Assembly: GCA_951406725.2 (NCBI GenBank)
Contig: OX597822.1
Location: forward strand, 29,574,001-29,638,000
DNA length: 64,000 nucleotides
Direction of reading: 5' to 3'
Origin: Octopus vulgaris
Lineage: Eukaryota
The position numbers were made by a program, and so were the translations under genes. Below, one piece after another: positions 43,501 through 57,279 of this stretch. How positions within the stretch are numbered: the first letter of the stretch is position 1; each line of letters begins with the position of its first letter. The notes beneath the pieces are model-generated. The model did no database searches and was not told where the DNA came from. It saw only the letters and a list, made by a program, of their open reading frames with translations.

Positions 43501-44553
43501 CGTTTGTTTCCGGTTATTAATTTTATGGCTTTAACTGGACGACGAAGGGGAGACCCATGTCTTTTTTTAACAGGGAAGGTGGTGGAGGATGCAGCGAAAT
43601 CCAACATATTGAGTAATCTTCAGGAAGTAAGATATCTGAACCAAATACTTTCAACAGTATAGATGGAAACTCGGCTAAAGGGTCAGGTAGGGACGGTGGT
43701 GGTGACTCTGCCAATTCGTCCCTGGTTTAAGGGGACGAATTGACAGTGTCATTAGAGTACCGGATAAGATACCTTGCAGTATTTATATTGGTTTCTTGCA
43801 TTTTAAGTTCAAATCTCGCGGAAGTTAACTTTTCCTTTCATCCTTCTGGGGGTCGATAAATAAAGTACTGGTCCAGGGCATTTAACTGGCAAAACTGTTT
43901 GAGCGTCGGATGAGACGCGCCTTGTGGTGTTTGTTTCGGTTCTTTGCACTCTTAATTCGAATAACTCTGTGACATATTTGGATGCTAGACTTTGTCCGTC
44001 GCTCGGTTTAATACCACTACCTGGTTCTAAGATGTCTATAGCGGAGTCGACATTATTGCAAGCATTCGGGCCCGGACTCTGATTTGAGTTTCTCTCTCCT
44101 TAATCTCACTTCTGACTAAGGGATAACAAAATTAAAACTATCATCTCCCAAAAATTGTTCTCGGGAAAATATTCGTGGAAGTTCACACAGTGGAATAAAT
44201 TTTTCGTGCCGTGAGCGAGAAAAGAAGACAGTCATTCTGGCGAATGAGTTGTATATTATAATCTATTATAAACTATTAAATTCAACTACAATGCATGTCG
44301 CCAACTTGGCGGGGTAAGACGGTATGTATAAATAAAAAGAAAGTTTATAAAAGTAATTAACAAAGTAAATGAAATCAACAACACACTAAACTAGTAGTTA
44401 TTAAAACAGGGTATTCCGCTGCCTACAATGAATGAAAAAAATGCGAAGCCTTCCAAAGGGGAAGTGACAAGATAACATAGAAATAAGTTAGAGCTTGTAG
44501 TTTCTTAATCTTCACGAAAGAATGTAACATATATATATATATATATATGTTGC

Positions 44554-44608
<55 letters not shown>

Positions 44609-44643
44609 CATTCTTTATATATATATATATATATATATGTTGC

Positions 44644-44707
<64 letters not shown>

Positions 44708-44708
<1 letters not shown>

Positions 44709-45141
44709 GTTTAAATATTTGTTGTGCAAGATTTTTTACGTCAAGTCGTGTGTTGAAACAGATATTGTTATATTTCGGAATGGTCATTTTGCCAGTTTAG
44801 CCAATAAAAACACACGCAATATATATTTGGTGTTACTTTGCTTCAGTGTTATTTATTTTTTACATTAATCTTAATCTTATTTCGGCCAGAGTTCTTTCGT
44901 CACACTCCTGTGACCGCATCAGTGGTCCTTTGTTTGTTTTTTTCTTACTTATTTGTGTCTCTCCTTACTAACTGTCAGCCATTTTGTATTTCTATTGTAT
45001 GTCTTCATTTGCGCATGCTTATATAGAGATATAAGATTAAGATTAATGTAAAAAATAAATAACACTGAAGCAAAGTAACACCAAATATATATTGCGTGTG
45101 TTTTTATTGGCAAAACTGGCAAAATGACCATTCCGAAATAT

Positions 45142-45148
<7 letters not shown>
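44708..45148 (-). mobile_element. Fold-back element with a variant hammerhead in the spacer, between (TA)n tracts
   Basis: Arms about 44762-44880 / 45031-45148; minus strand 44884-44928 GGACCA CTGATGC G GTCACA ggag TGTGAC GAAA GAA CTC TGGCC; relatives at 30880-31120 and 14160-14270. Confidence 0.7.
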
Positions 45149-45214
<66 letters not shown>

Positions 45215-45821
45215 TGTATGTTGCATTCTTACATACATATAAATACATACGTACGTACGTAGATGCATAATACATACATACACACACACATACACATATA
45301 TTGTATGTGTATGTATATATTCTTCTTTTTGGTTAGGTCAACTTTCTCCACATAGGTATGCAAAATATAGAAGATACAACCGCCCCTCCACCAAAAAACC
45401 CCCCAGGAGTTGCCACCTGTAACGCAAGGTAGCAGACGATAACGAAATACCATTCCTTAGAAGAGAGATTCCTTGTTGCGTCGGTCCTCAGACGGCCGCT
45501 CTCTTCGGTGCATGTTCTTCATGCAGAAGGGAACCACGGGAAATTTTCCAGTATCATAGTAATAGGCAGCTTTATACTTTAGAGTCAGAGATTGAACTTC
45601 ACAACATGATGAGCCACGATGCGGCACAACAGTATATATATCTGTCGCTGATTTACACAGAATGGTAGCAATTTTGAGTGGAGTGGGTAAGTCAAACCCT
45701 CGTACCTAGTACTTGACGGGTACTCTATTTTATCCGCCTCCGAAAGGATAAAACTCAAAGATGACCTCAGTGGATTTGAGCACATACTGCATGACATTTT
45801 CCCCTTTGCTGTAACAATTCT

Positions 45822-46342
45822 TATTTCTTTATGGCCCACAAGGGGCTAAACACAGCGGGGACAAACAAGGACAGACAAAGGGATTAAGTCGATTACATCA
45901 ACCCCAGTGCGTAACTAGTACTTAATTTATCTACCCCGAAAGGATGAAAGGCAAAATCGACCTCGGCGGAATTTGGTGGGAGGGAGGGGGTGAAGTCGAT
46001 TACATCGACCCCAGTACAGAACTGGTACATAATTTATCGACCCCGAAAGAATGAATGGCAAACTCGATCTCCGCGGAATTTAAACTCAGAACGTAACGGC
46101 AGACGAAATACCTATTTCTTTACTACCCACAAGGGGCTAAACACAGAGGGGACGAACAAGAACAGACACACAGATTAAGTTGATTATATCGACCCCCAGA
46201 GCGTAACTGGTACTTATTTAATCGACCACGAAAGGATGAAAGGCAAAGTCGACATCGGCGGAATTTGAACTCAGAACGTAACCGCAGACGAAATACCGCT
46301 AAGCATTTCGCCCGGCGTGCTAACAATTCTGCCAGCTCGCCG
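45822..46342 (-). mobile_element. Family A SINE multimer
   Basis: Full head at 46342; tail-to-internal junction AAAGAAATA-GGTATTTCGTC at about 46101-46121; further partial units. Confidence 0.8.
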
Positions 46343-46740
46343 AATTCTTCACCACAAAAATAAGGATTTCTAGCAAAGGCACAATGCCAAACATTTTAGG
46401 GAAAGTAAGGAGCAATTATATCAACCGTCGTCTCCCAACGGGATAGAAATAGCAGCCAAAAGTATCCCTCAGAGAACACTCTGCTGTTTTGAAAAATTGA
46501 ACACACTGGGTAATGTAGTACTAGATGCTCATATAGAGACTGGATAGCCACAACTGGAATACCTTTGAAATATAGCTCTACTCGTTAAGGACTGACATAA
46601 AACAACAAATCGGTCTTATTGTCAGACCTCGGAAGAACGAAACGCAAAGTTTCGAACAACAGTATTTGAACACAGATCGCAAGGTTGTTAATCTGCAGCT
46701 CTACTGCTTTACTAACTACAATACTTATAACAATATGAAT

Positions 46741-46779
<39 letters not shown>

Positions 46780-47087
46780 TGTTTAAAATTTAGGCCCGTG
46801 GCTAGCAATTTTAGTGGAAGAGGTTTGGTCGATTGTATTTAACTAGTATCTTCAATAATAATAATCTTTTCAACAAGGCCTGGAATAGACACAAGGCCTG
46901 GAAATTTAGGGAAGGGGACCAGTTGTTTACATCAACTCCAGTGCATAACTGGTACTTATTTTATCGACCCTGAAGGATGCAATGTCTTCCTCAGCGGAAT
47001 TTGAACTCAGAACGTAGCGACGGGCGAAATACCGCTAAGCATTACATCCAATGTGCTAATGATTCTGCCAGCTCGCCGCCTTAAATC

Positions 47088-47153
<66 letters not shown>

Positions 47154-47290
47154 ATCACCATGTCGCGCACATATGGTTGTGATGCATGTGCCTAGTGTAC
47201 CCTTATCAGATGAGTAGTTATGATGGGTATACTGGGCTTCGTATATTTTACCCCAGTGTCACTTTAATGGTATGCACTGCACTCTCACTC

Positions 47291-47358
<68 letters not shown>

Positions 47359-47366
47359 TGATGATG

Positions 47367-47410
<44 letters not shown>

Positions 47411-47411
<1 letters not shown>

Positions 47412-47962
47412 CTGATGCAGTACCAGACAGTGACTCTCATGGCTTCTGATCTTAACTGATTGGAAGTGTTATCATGTACATTGTTTTGTCTTGGTATAAA
47501 AGATGGGCCACAGCAAATATTCTGCTCAATACCATAGATTTGCTTGTCAGTTGTTTGATCTTAACCAGTTGACCATGTCCCTTAGTGGTTGACGATATGT
47601 GCATCTCTGATCATGAGCAGAAGTAGTGGGGGAGCATCATAGCTGTGTGTTGAAAGGAATTCTTGGAGGGTTGGATAATTCACTTCTGGAAACATGGGTG
47701 GATCGTTCAACATCCTTAAACAATCCTTATTCAGAGACCTTTTGAGTGGGATGGGCTACTCGATCAGAAGAAAATTCTAACCGGGCCCCACCTGCAAGGT
47801 CATGTGCTGTTTATCTTGATATGAGATCACCATGTCACGCACATATGGTTGTGATGCATGTGCCTAGTGTACCCTTATCAAATGGGTAGTCATGATGGGT
47901 ATACTGGGCTTCGTCTATTTTATCCCAGTGTCACTTTGATGGCATGCACCGCTCTCTCATTC
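47411..47962 (+). mobile_element. (AAT)n-embedded ~550-bp element (plus 3' fragment at 47149-47290)
   Basis: GCTGATGCAGTACCAG...CTCTCTCATTC flanked by (AAT)n. Confidence 0.8.
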
Positions 47963-48825
47963 AATAATAATAATAATGGTTTCAAATTTTGCCACAAGCG
48001 CAGTAATTTTGGGGAGGGGATTAGTCAATTAAATCGACCCAGTTCTCAACTGGTATTTATTTTACTGACCCCGAAAGGATGTCGACAGCGGTGGTGTTTT
48101 TGAACTCGGCGTGAGGAGTACATTACGTAACAATGGTGATTCTAATTAATTGTTTTTGTCATAGACAAAAGGTTCTACATTTGGGAAGTGGGTAAAGTCG
48201 ATTATTCGACCCCAGTATTTGACTGCTACTTTATTTTATCGACTTGTTGAAAAAATGAACGGCAATGTTGAAAAAATGTTGAAAAAATGAATGCCTTCGG
48301 GGGTTTCTGACCATATTTTGTGACTTCTAGTTTAGGCATGAGGCTAAAAATTTCGCATTGAGTCTGGAGTTTGTTGATATTATCAACTTAAGGTTTTGAC
48401 TCATACTTTGTTTTATCAACCTCGGAAAGAGGAAAGACAAATTTAACTTCGCCAGGATTTAAAATCAGAACGTAAACGACCGGAAGAAATGCTGCAAAGT
48501 AAATTGTCCGTCGCTCTAACGATTCCGTCAATCTATGTGTTTCAAATTTCGAAGACGACGAAGTTCTGTTTGAATACGAAATCTAGAAATAGTGCGAATG
48601 CTTTGGAAGTGAGACCGTGTAACAAAAGTTTAAGAGGGCGAAACCAACTAAAACAAGAGACAGTAATGATAAATGATAAAAAAAAAATAATAACAGTAAC
48701 TACCTAAAATAGAATGGAACAAACATTTCGGAGGTATTTTGATATTTGAAACGGATTTATGGAGAAATATTAAACATAGTCATAACACTTGAGTAGTAAC
48801 ACAGACTAAAACACCTCTCTCATTC

Positions 48826-48884
<59 letters not shown>

Positions 48885-49147
48885 CTCTCTCTCTCTCTCC
48901 CTATCTCTCCTTCGCTCTCTCTATATATAATAGACACATACATATACAGACGCATATCTATCTCTATTACGCGCGCGCAGGTACACACACACACATATTT
49001 ATATATGCATGTATAAGTGTTATAAATTTTCATATATATATATACGTATATGTTTTCGTATGCATGTGTGTATGTATGTACGTATACATACATACTTACA
49101 TATATACATAAGTATGTATGTATATAAACATAATGTATCTACTATAT

Positions 49148-49182
<35 letters not shown>

Positions 49183-49198
49183 TGTATGTATATATATG

Positions 49199-49346
<148 letters not shown>

Positions 49347-49438
49347 GGCGGTGCATCAGCATGGCCGCAGCTCTGAGCTGAAACAAGCAAAAAAAAAATA
49401 TGTATATATATATGTATGCATATATATATGTGTATGTA

Positions 49439-49681
49439 TTATTTAAAGCAGCAGAAAATTCAACAAAACCTGTTACTCTGAGTTTCCCGTTCCCGTTCGT
49501 CGGACAGGGATAAGTATATTTTTCTGATATACCTATCCCTGTCCGACGAACGGGAACGTGAAACTCAGAGTAACAGATTTTGTTGAATTTTCTGCTGCTT
49601 TAAATAAAGCATATTACTCTACCACTGGTATTTGAGTACTCTTTTTTTCCACCTTGTTTCACATTTATGTGTTTACTCCGG
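49439..49681 (+). mobile_element. Hammerhead-bearing fold-back mini-element
   Basis: Arms about 49439-49519 / 49527-49607; ctgt CCGACGA a CG GGAA CG t GAAAC TCAGA GTA acag; ends TACTCCGG before TA-rich repeats. Confidence 0.85.
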
Positions 49682-49710
49682 TATATGTGTATGTATATAT
49701 ATATATGTAT

Positions 49711-49843
<133 letters not shown>

Positions 49844-50307
49844 ATATATATACACATATATATATGTATTTATTTATATAATGATAATATAAATAACATA
49901 TAACTATATGCATATATACATGCTTATATGTACATACCTACATATATATGTATATATACATGCATATATGGGTACAGGACATAAAAAAATCAACAAAATG
50001 AGAAACGAGACAAGCAACATAAAGAACATTCCCTTCATCAGTTGTCCCCTGTTTTATCTATTCCGCGTTCCGAAGGTAGGGGCAAGACGCGACTTCATTA
50101 AAACAGTCCTTCCCACAGAGTAAAGTAAAAAAAATTTGGGATTTTTTTCGGAGGGCTAAAGTGGTAACAAAAACAGGACAATATATAAATGGGAAAACAT
50201 TTAATTTTAAATCTCTGAGCGAGTTTTAATACTTTTGGGGGCCAAAAAATGGTAGTAACTCGTCCTAATCAGGATTGCAAATAAATTTTACTCAGTCTCA
50301 CTCTCTC

Positions 50308-50402
<95 letters not shown>

Positions 50403-50716
50403 CTGTATGCATGTATGTATGTATATATATATGTATATATATATATATATGTATATATGTATATATGTATGTATGTATTTATGTATGTATTTATGTATGT
50501 ATGTGTGTGTGTATGTGTGTGTGTGTGTGTAGATACATTATGTTTATAGTAACGTAAGTACACATACACACACACGTATATATATATAATTAAAACCTAA
50601 CCGTTACAAACTTTATCGTTATAAATAATTATCGTTACACATGCAATTACATATATACAGCCTATAAATCCACACGCATTTTATGCATTCATGTATAAAT
50701 ATAATATATGAAGACA

Positions 50717-50752
<36 letters not shown>

Positions 50753-50825
50753 GTATGTATGTATACATTATATTTAAATCCATTCACATATAATGTATAA
50801 ATATGTATATATATATATGTGTGTG

Positions 50826-50863
<38 letters not shown>

Positions 50864-51122
50864 TATATACATACATATATGTATGTATATAATATATATA
50901 AATATACATATATACATACATATGTATAAGTTATAATTATAAATTAAAATAAATTTTATGTATATATACATATATATACACACATATATCTCCATGGAGA
51001 GATAGCGATAAATAAATAGATAGATAGGGATATATATATATATATATATAGACAGATAGGCAGAGAAAGAGAGATAGATACATAGATAGATAGGGAAAGA
51101 AAGAAAGAGAGAGAGAGAGAGT

Positions 51123-51181
<59 letters not shown>

Positions 51182-51214
51182 TTTAATATTGATAATTGAT
51201 GTATTTCAACTTAC

Positions 51215-51446
51215 ATTGAATGTTTGGTCCTGGGAAACACTCTCGAAACACACCCCGGTATCTGTCGTGGAAAACCTTTTTGTATTTTAGCTGTGATTCT
51301 AATTTCAAAGTTTCATTGCTCAGGACATTTCTTCGGACCTTAAATTCCAGCCATTTATCTGTTGCGAGCGACAGGGCAAGCATTATAAGAACAATTGGAC
51401 CCATTATCGCTGCGAATGTTATATGGATAGTGGCTGTTCTAGCCAT
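51215..51446 (-). CDS. First coding exon of a claudin/PMP22-superfamily tetraspan membrane protein
   Basis: AAACATGG start; N-terminal hydrophobic helix (FAAIMGPIVLIMLALSLAT) then W...RGVFRECF, a variant of the W-GLW-C signature; GTAAGT donor at 51214 (phase 1). Downstream exons not identified. Confidence 0.75.
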
Positions 51447-52127
51447 GTTTGTTTTTTCTCTTCTTTACTCAAAAAATACAACAACAGGCAGAAACTATTG
51501 AGATATAGATATATATATATATTTTTAAGTGTCAGTCTGTATAAAAAAAAAAGGCCAGCTAAAGCCAGAATCATACATACCACAAACACATAGTCATACC
51601 TATATATAACACCACACAAGCAGAAGAAAAAAATGAGAAAAATCTAGAGCGAAAGATGGAGAAATTAGTCCTTTTGGTTCGTTTGTCTTTGTTATTATCG
51701 TAAGCTTCTTTTTCAGTTGACTCAGATACTACCTTACTATTGTTGCAGGTGTGTCCCAAATGTATGTCACTTGTCTGTCACCCCCGTCTATCACTACTAT
51801 CATCTACCTTTAACTACATAAAGATATTTGTCGTCACAAAACCAGCTTTAGCTATTGGCCTACAGGCCTGTTGAATACAACAGCCGCACGCTCATTCGCA
51901 CACACAATTTGTGAGTGCGCGCACTCACAATTATACCCACAGACAACTATCTCTTACACACACACACACACGCACACACAGACACGCACGCACACAGACA
52001 CGCACGCGCACACACTCGCTCACGCACGCAAAAATATACACATACACGCAAATTCACATGTGTACATACTTTACTTTTGGAGGTAAAACACTATAATTTA
52101 TTTACAGGTCCCGAGTTCCGTATATAG

Positions 52128-52178
<51 letters not shown>

Positions 52179-52204
52179 GTCTATCTATCTATCTATCTAT
52201 CTAA

Positions 52205-52256
<52 letters not shown>

Positions 52257-52283
52257 TTCCTCTCTCCCCTTTCTCTCCCTTTC

Positions 52284-52350
<67 letters not shown>

Positions 52351-52441
52351 CTCTTTCTCTCTCTCTATAGATATCTATCTCTTTCTCTCTGCCTCTGATT
52401 CTCTCCATCTCTCTCCCTCCATCTCTCTCTCACTCACTCAC

Positions 52442-52502
<61 letters not shown>

Positions 52503-52731
52503 TTCCTCTCCCCTCTCCCCTTTCTCTCTCTCTTTCTCTCTTTCTCTTTCTCTATCTCTCTCTTTCTCTCTGCCTCTGTCTCTCTCCATCTCTCTCTCCC
52601 TCACTCTCTCTCTATCTCTATCTCACACACATTCTCTATCTATGTATAGTAACATACATCACCTCACTAACAAAATTCAAACACACACACAAATGCACAC
52701 GGTAAAGACGAATGGCACTCACCGTCACCTT

Positions 52732-52796
<65 letters not shown>

Positions 52797-53413
52797 TGAT
52801 TTCTCTGTTTGTTGTAAGAGCAGTACATCAAAGCCTTCCATTTCCCAACCTCTTAGTCCCGTGTTCAAACTCACTGAATGGCACTTTGGACAAGTTTTCT
52901 TTTGTAATAGCTCTGGGCCAACCAAAGCTGTGTTACAGGATTCCGTAGACGGATATGTATATATATATATGTGTGTGTGTATATGTGTGTGTGTTTGTAT
53001 GTGTGTGTATGTGTGTGTGTATGTGTGTGTGTATGTGTGTGTATGTGTGTGTGTATGTGTGTGTGTATGTGTATGTGTGTGTGTGTGTATGTGTGTGTAT
53101 CTTTGTGTTTGTACATTCCACCACCGCTTGACAACCTGTGTTGGTTTGCTTACGGCCCCGTAACTAGCGGTTCTGCAGAAAGAGACTGACAAAATACGTA
53201 GGAAGCTTAGTAAAAAAAAAAAAAGGGGTGGCGATGGATTTGTTGGACGAAACCGCAGGCGTGGCTGTGTGGTAAGAAGCTTGCTTCATAACCACATGGC
53301 TCCGGGTTCAGTCTCAGTGCGTGGCATCTTGGGCAAATGTCTTCTGCTTCAGCCTCGGGTTGATCAAAGCCTTATGAATGGATCTGGTAGACAGAAACTG
53401 AAAGAAGTTCGTC

Positions 53414-53445
<32 letters not shown>

Positions 53446-53448
<3 letters not shown>

Positions 53449-53984
53449 TGCAGTACCAGGCAGTGGCTCTCATGGCTTCTGATCTTAACTGATTGGAAGT
53501 GTTATCATGTACATTGTTTTGTCTTGGTATAAAAGATGGGCTACAGCAAATATTCTGCTCAATACCACAGATTTGCTTGTCAGTTGTTTGACCTTAATCA
53601 GTTGAGCATGCCCCTTAGTGGCTGACGATATGTGCATCTCTGATCACGAGCAGAAGTACTGGGGGAGCATCATAGCCATGTGTTGAGAAGGATTCTTTGG
53701 GGTTTGAATAATTCACCTCTGGAAACATGGGTGGATCGTTCAACGTCCTTAAACAACCCTTATTCAGGGACCTTTTGAGCGGGATGGGCTACTCGATCTG
53801 AAGAAAATTCTAACTGGGCTCCACCTGCAAGGTCATGTGCTGTTTATCTTGATATGAGATCACCATGTCGCGCACATATGGTTGTGATGCATGTACCTAT
53901 CAGACGTGTAGTCATGATGGGTATACTGGGCTTCGTATATTTTACCCCAGTGTCACTTTGATGGCATGCTCTGCTCGTTCACTC

Positions 53985-54034
<50 letters not shown>

Positions 54035-54054
54035 TGATGATGATGGTGATGATG

Positions 54055-54113
<59 letters not shown>

Positions 54114-54343
54114 GTTAACGCATTCAACATCCTCATTCAGCGGGATGGGCTACTTGACCTGAAGAAAATTTTAACTGGGCCCCACCTACAAGGTCATGCG
54201 CTGTTTATTTTCATATGAGATCACCATGTCACGCACGTATGGTTGTGATGCATGTGTCTGGTGTACCCTTATCAGACGGGTGTACTGGGCTTCGTATATT
54301 TTACCCCAGGGTCACTTTGATGGTATGCACTGCTCTCTCACTC
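53446..54343 (+). mobile_element. Two (AAT)n-embedded elements (53446-53984 near full length; 54120-54343 3' fragment)
   Basis: Same family and same 3' end as 41001 and 47411. Confidence 0.8.
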
Positions 54344-54407
<64 letters not shown>

Positions 54408-54439
54408 TTTGTTGTGATGCTCTGATGGTTATTGTATGG

Positions 54440-54564
54440 AAAAATACGCAGAACACTTTCCATATAATAACCATCAGAGTATTACAACAAATCAGAGCTC
54501 ATACCCAAGGCACACAGAGCTGCGCTCGGTAGTGAAGTGAAAGCACGCTATAAAAATAAAACTA

Positions 54565-54568
<4 letters not shown>
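54440..54568 (+). mobile_element. Probable 3' end of an (AAT)n-targeting R4/Dong-type LINE
   Basis: RRTLSI* like C-terminus, short UTR with AATAAA, ends directly in (AAT)n. Confidence 0.4.
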
Positions 54569-54629
<61 letters not shown>

Positions 54630-54641
54630 TGATGATGATGA

Positions 54642-54960
54642 TTTCTTTTATTTACCTCTAGGGCAAAGGCTGAGAAGACAATACAAAGACAGACATAAAG
54701 TGTGGGGGGGTTATATATAATGGAATGATAAAATAAAACGTATACACGGTATACATTAGGAGAAGGGAAATATACGTAATATATGACGCTAAAAAAAGAG
54801 GTGGGGAAAAGGATCATAATGAGGGATCTCCCTGATTCAGGAGGATCTCTACGGATAATCAAGGAACCCCACCATCCAAGATATTACCCTGAGTATCGAT
54901 GACGAGAGTCCACTCCAAGTTCTTTCTTCCGACTCACAAGCCTACACTGAGAGTCCTTAA
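54642..54960 (-). mobile_element. Probable L1/Tx1 LINE 3' UTR
   Basis: Minus-strand end TGTCTGTCTTTGTATTGTCTTCTCAGCCTTTGCCCTAGAGGTAAATAAAGAAAT resembles the end at 25906-25955. Confidence 0.5.
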
Positions 54961-55245
54961 TGTGTTCCTTTATCATACGTGTGAGTGTTGTGAGTCAATA
55001 TCTCACCCAGAACGAAGGCGACTCACAAACTCCCGTTGAATTTATACACCGATCCAAAGCCTGAAATGTTTATATAAAATAAACGGAATATTATATATCC
55101 AAGAATATTACCAACTAAGAATTCTTTATGCTATCACTCAACCTGCTTCAAATATCGGGCAAGTGACCCTCAGATCACAGTCTATCACTTTTTCTTTTTT
55201 TAAAGGGAAGTATACATTGCTTATATAATAGTAGATGTATGTGTG

Positions 55246-55335
<90 letters not shown>

Positions 55336-56065
55336 GTCTGCTAGCTTCTCAACAGTTTCTCAACTAGCTTCTCTGCAAGTTTCTCAACAGTTACGATGGG
55401 ATTTTGTTCCACTAGAGTTTACAGGACGTCCTCGACGAGCTCTACAGATCATCCAGGACGAAGCTCGTCTTGTAGGCTGTCGTTTCCGACTCGGAATTTC
55501 TGGAACCGCCGTTGACACGGGCTTATGGTTATTGTCCGATCCCCATATCCTGCATTAATATTCCTTTCACTTTCCGTTGCGTTGTTGCCTTAATTGAACT
55601 CAAAGCAAAATATGCCGAATATGCTTCTTTGTCACTTCCATTATAGCTTTGAAAAAATAACTCTTAAAATCGAACTGCACTCTTCAAAACTTGCACTAAG
55701 AATAAGGACAAAGTAAAATTACCTCCCGCTTTTATAGCAAGTTGATACAAGTAGTTTATCCTGTCCCCCTCCGACATTTAGTTCATGCAATTGAAAAAAC
55801 AGCATTATTTATGGGATGACCCAATATAAATCTGAAAATGGAGCACACTCTAAGTTACAGAGCAGTATATAATATAAATAAAGTTAGATAAGGCGAGTTT
55901 ATGGGATTACTCTGGATTTACGACGTATCACCAGATCCCAAAACCTGTTGTCATAGGACCTCTCTATCGAGTGGCTTCTCTAGGATATGGAGAAGGAAAG
56001 GACCTCGCTACTCAATGTCAACAACAGGGGATTGTCTCTTTTGGCTATCGATCGCGAGAGACCCT

Positions 56066-56220
56066 GTTATCCCATGGGTTCCAACAGACCAGTTGGAAAT
56101 TCCTGAAATGCAAGCACGGTCCGAAGACCTTCGTTCTGGAGGTAAGGATGTTCCTTGGTCTTCGGACCGTGCTTGCATTTCGGGAAACCCTTGCTGGCCT
56201 ATTGGAACCCAAAGGATTAT
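56066..56220. other. Long GC-balanced hairpin
   Basis: 30-bp core arms 56100-56129 / 56157-56186 (one G-U) plus outer arms GGGTTCCAACAGACCAG / CTGGCCTATTGGAACCC. Confidence 0.8.
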
Positions 56221-56354
56221 ACTAAGTTGTACTTCCCTCACATCCTCATGTTTATTCTTACTCCTAGCCCTCTTCTGCCCTTTTAAAAAAGATAAACACA
56301 CTGTACCTATTGTTAACTGTTTCTTATATGTATTAGCCCTCCCAACCACTTAGA

Positions 56355-56478
56355 CCCTCTGAAGAAGCCTACAAGCACATTCATCATCCAAACTTTATCT
56401 GCCCATCCCTACAGAATACTGAAGAGATGGAGATGGCATGGAGAATTTCGTTGCCTCTTGGCAGAAACGGCCGCAAGG
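56355..56478 (+). ncRNA. Degenerate hammerhead with ~95-nt stem II insertion
   Basis: CCT CTGAAGA a GCC...GGC a GAAAC GGCC GCA AGG; the triplet GCA is probably a mutated GUA. Confidence 0.45.
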
Positions 56479-56729
56479 AACTATCACTTACTGACAATCT
56501 GATCTTTTGCTCTTTTCTGTAATATTAGTACATGTGCATGTAATACATGGTTAATACATATGTATGTAATACATGGTTAATACATGTGTATGTATTCATC
56601 TAATACATTCTAATACATTGGAATGAATAGACATACTAAAATGTCTACCGACTGATGTATGTAGTTTTTATATCCTCTTCATTTTCTTATTTGTCGTTTA
56701 TCTATCTATCGATCTATCTATCTATCTAG

Positions 56730-56797
<68 letters not shown>

Positions 56798-56836
56798 CTA
56801 GCTAGCTAGATAGATAGATAGATAAACGACAAATAA

Positions 56837-56870
<34 letters not shown>

Positions 56871-56921
56871 TCTTCTAAATGTTTCACGTTCTTGTCCCAG
56901 TTTATATTTTTTTACATTTAC

Positions 56922-56969
<48 letters not shown>

Positions 56970-56974
56970 ATATA

Positions 56975-57208
56975 CCGGAGTAAACACATAAATGTGAAAC
57001 AAGGTGGAAAAAAGAGTACTCAAATACCAGTGGTAGAGTAATATGCTTTATTTTAAGCAGCAGAAAATTCAACAAAATCTGTTACTCTGAGTTTCTCGTT
57101 GCCGTTCATCAGACAGTTTTTGCCATTCTAGCAAAAACTGTCTGATGAACGGCAACGAGAAACTCAGAGTAACAGATTTTGTTGAATTTTCTGCTGCTTA
57201 AAATAAAG
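56975..57208 (-). mobile_element. Hammerhead-bearing fold-back mini-element in (TA)n
   Basis: 78-bp perfect arms 57046-57123 / 57131-57208; both contain a complete hammerhead (AAAACTGT CTGATGA...GAAAC TCAGA GTA ACAGATTTT). Confidence 0.9.
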
Positions 57209-57279
57209 TATATATGTATATATATATATATGTATAATATATATATATGTATATATATATATATGTATGTATATATATG

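Noticed and set aside
49970-50170. TA-flanked segment with minus-strand CTGATGA and GGAAC
   Set aside because: Motif order and pairing do not give a convincing hammerhead; possibly a decayed pLTR but unsupported.
55901-56353. Overlapping antisense ORFs sharing the peptide PEMQARSED
   Set aside because: A by-product of the DNA inverted repeat; no recognisable protein family.
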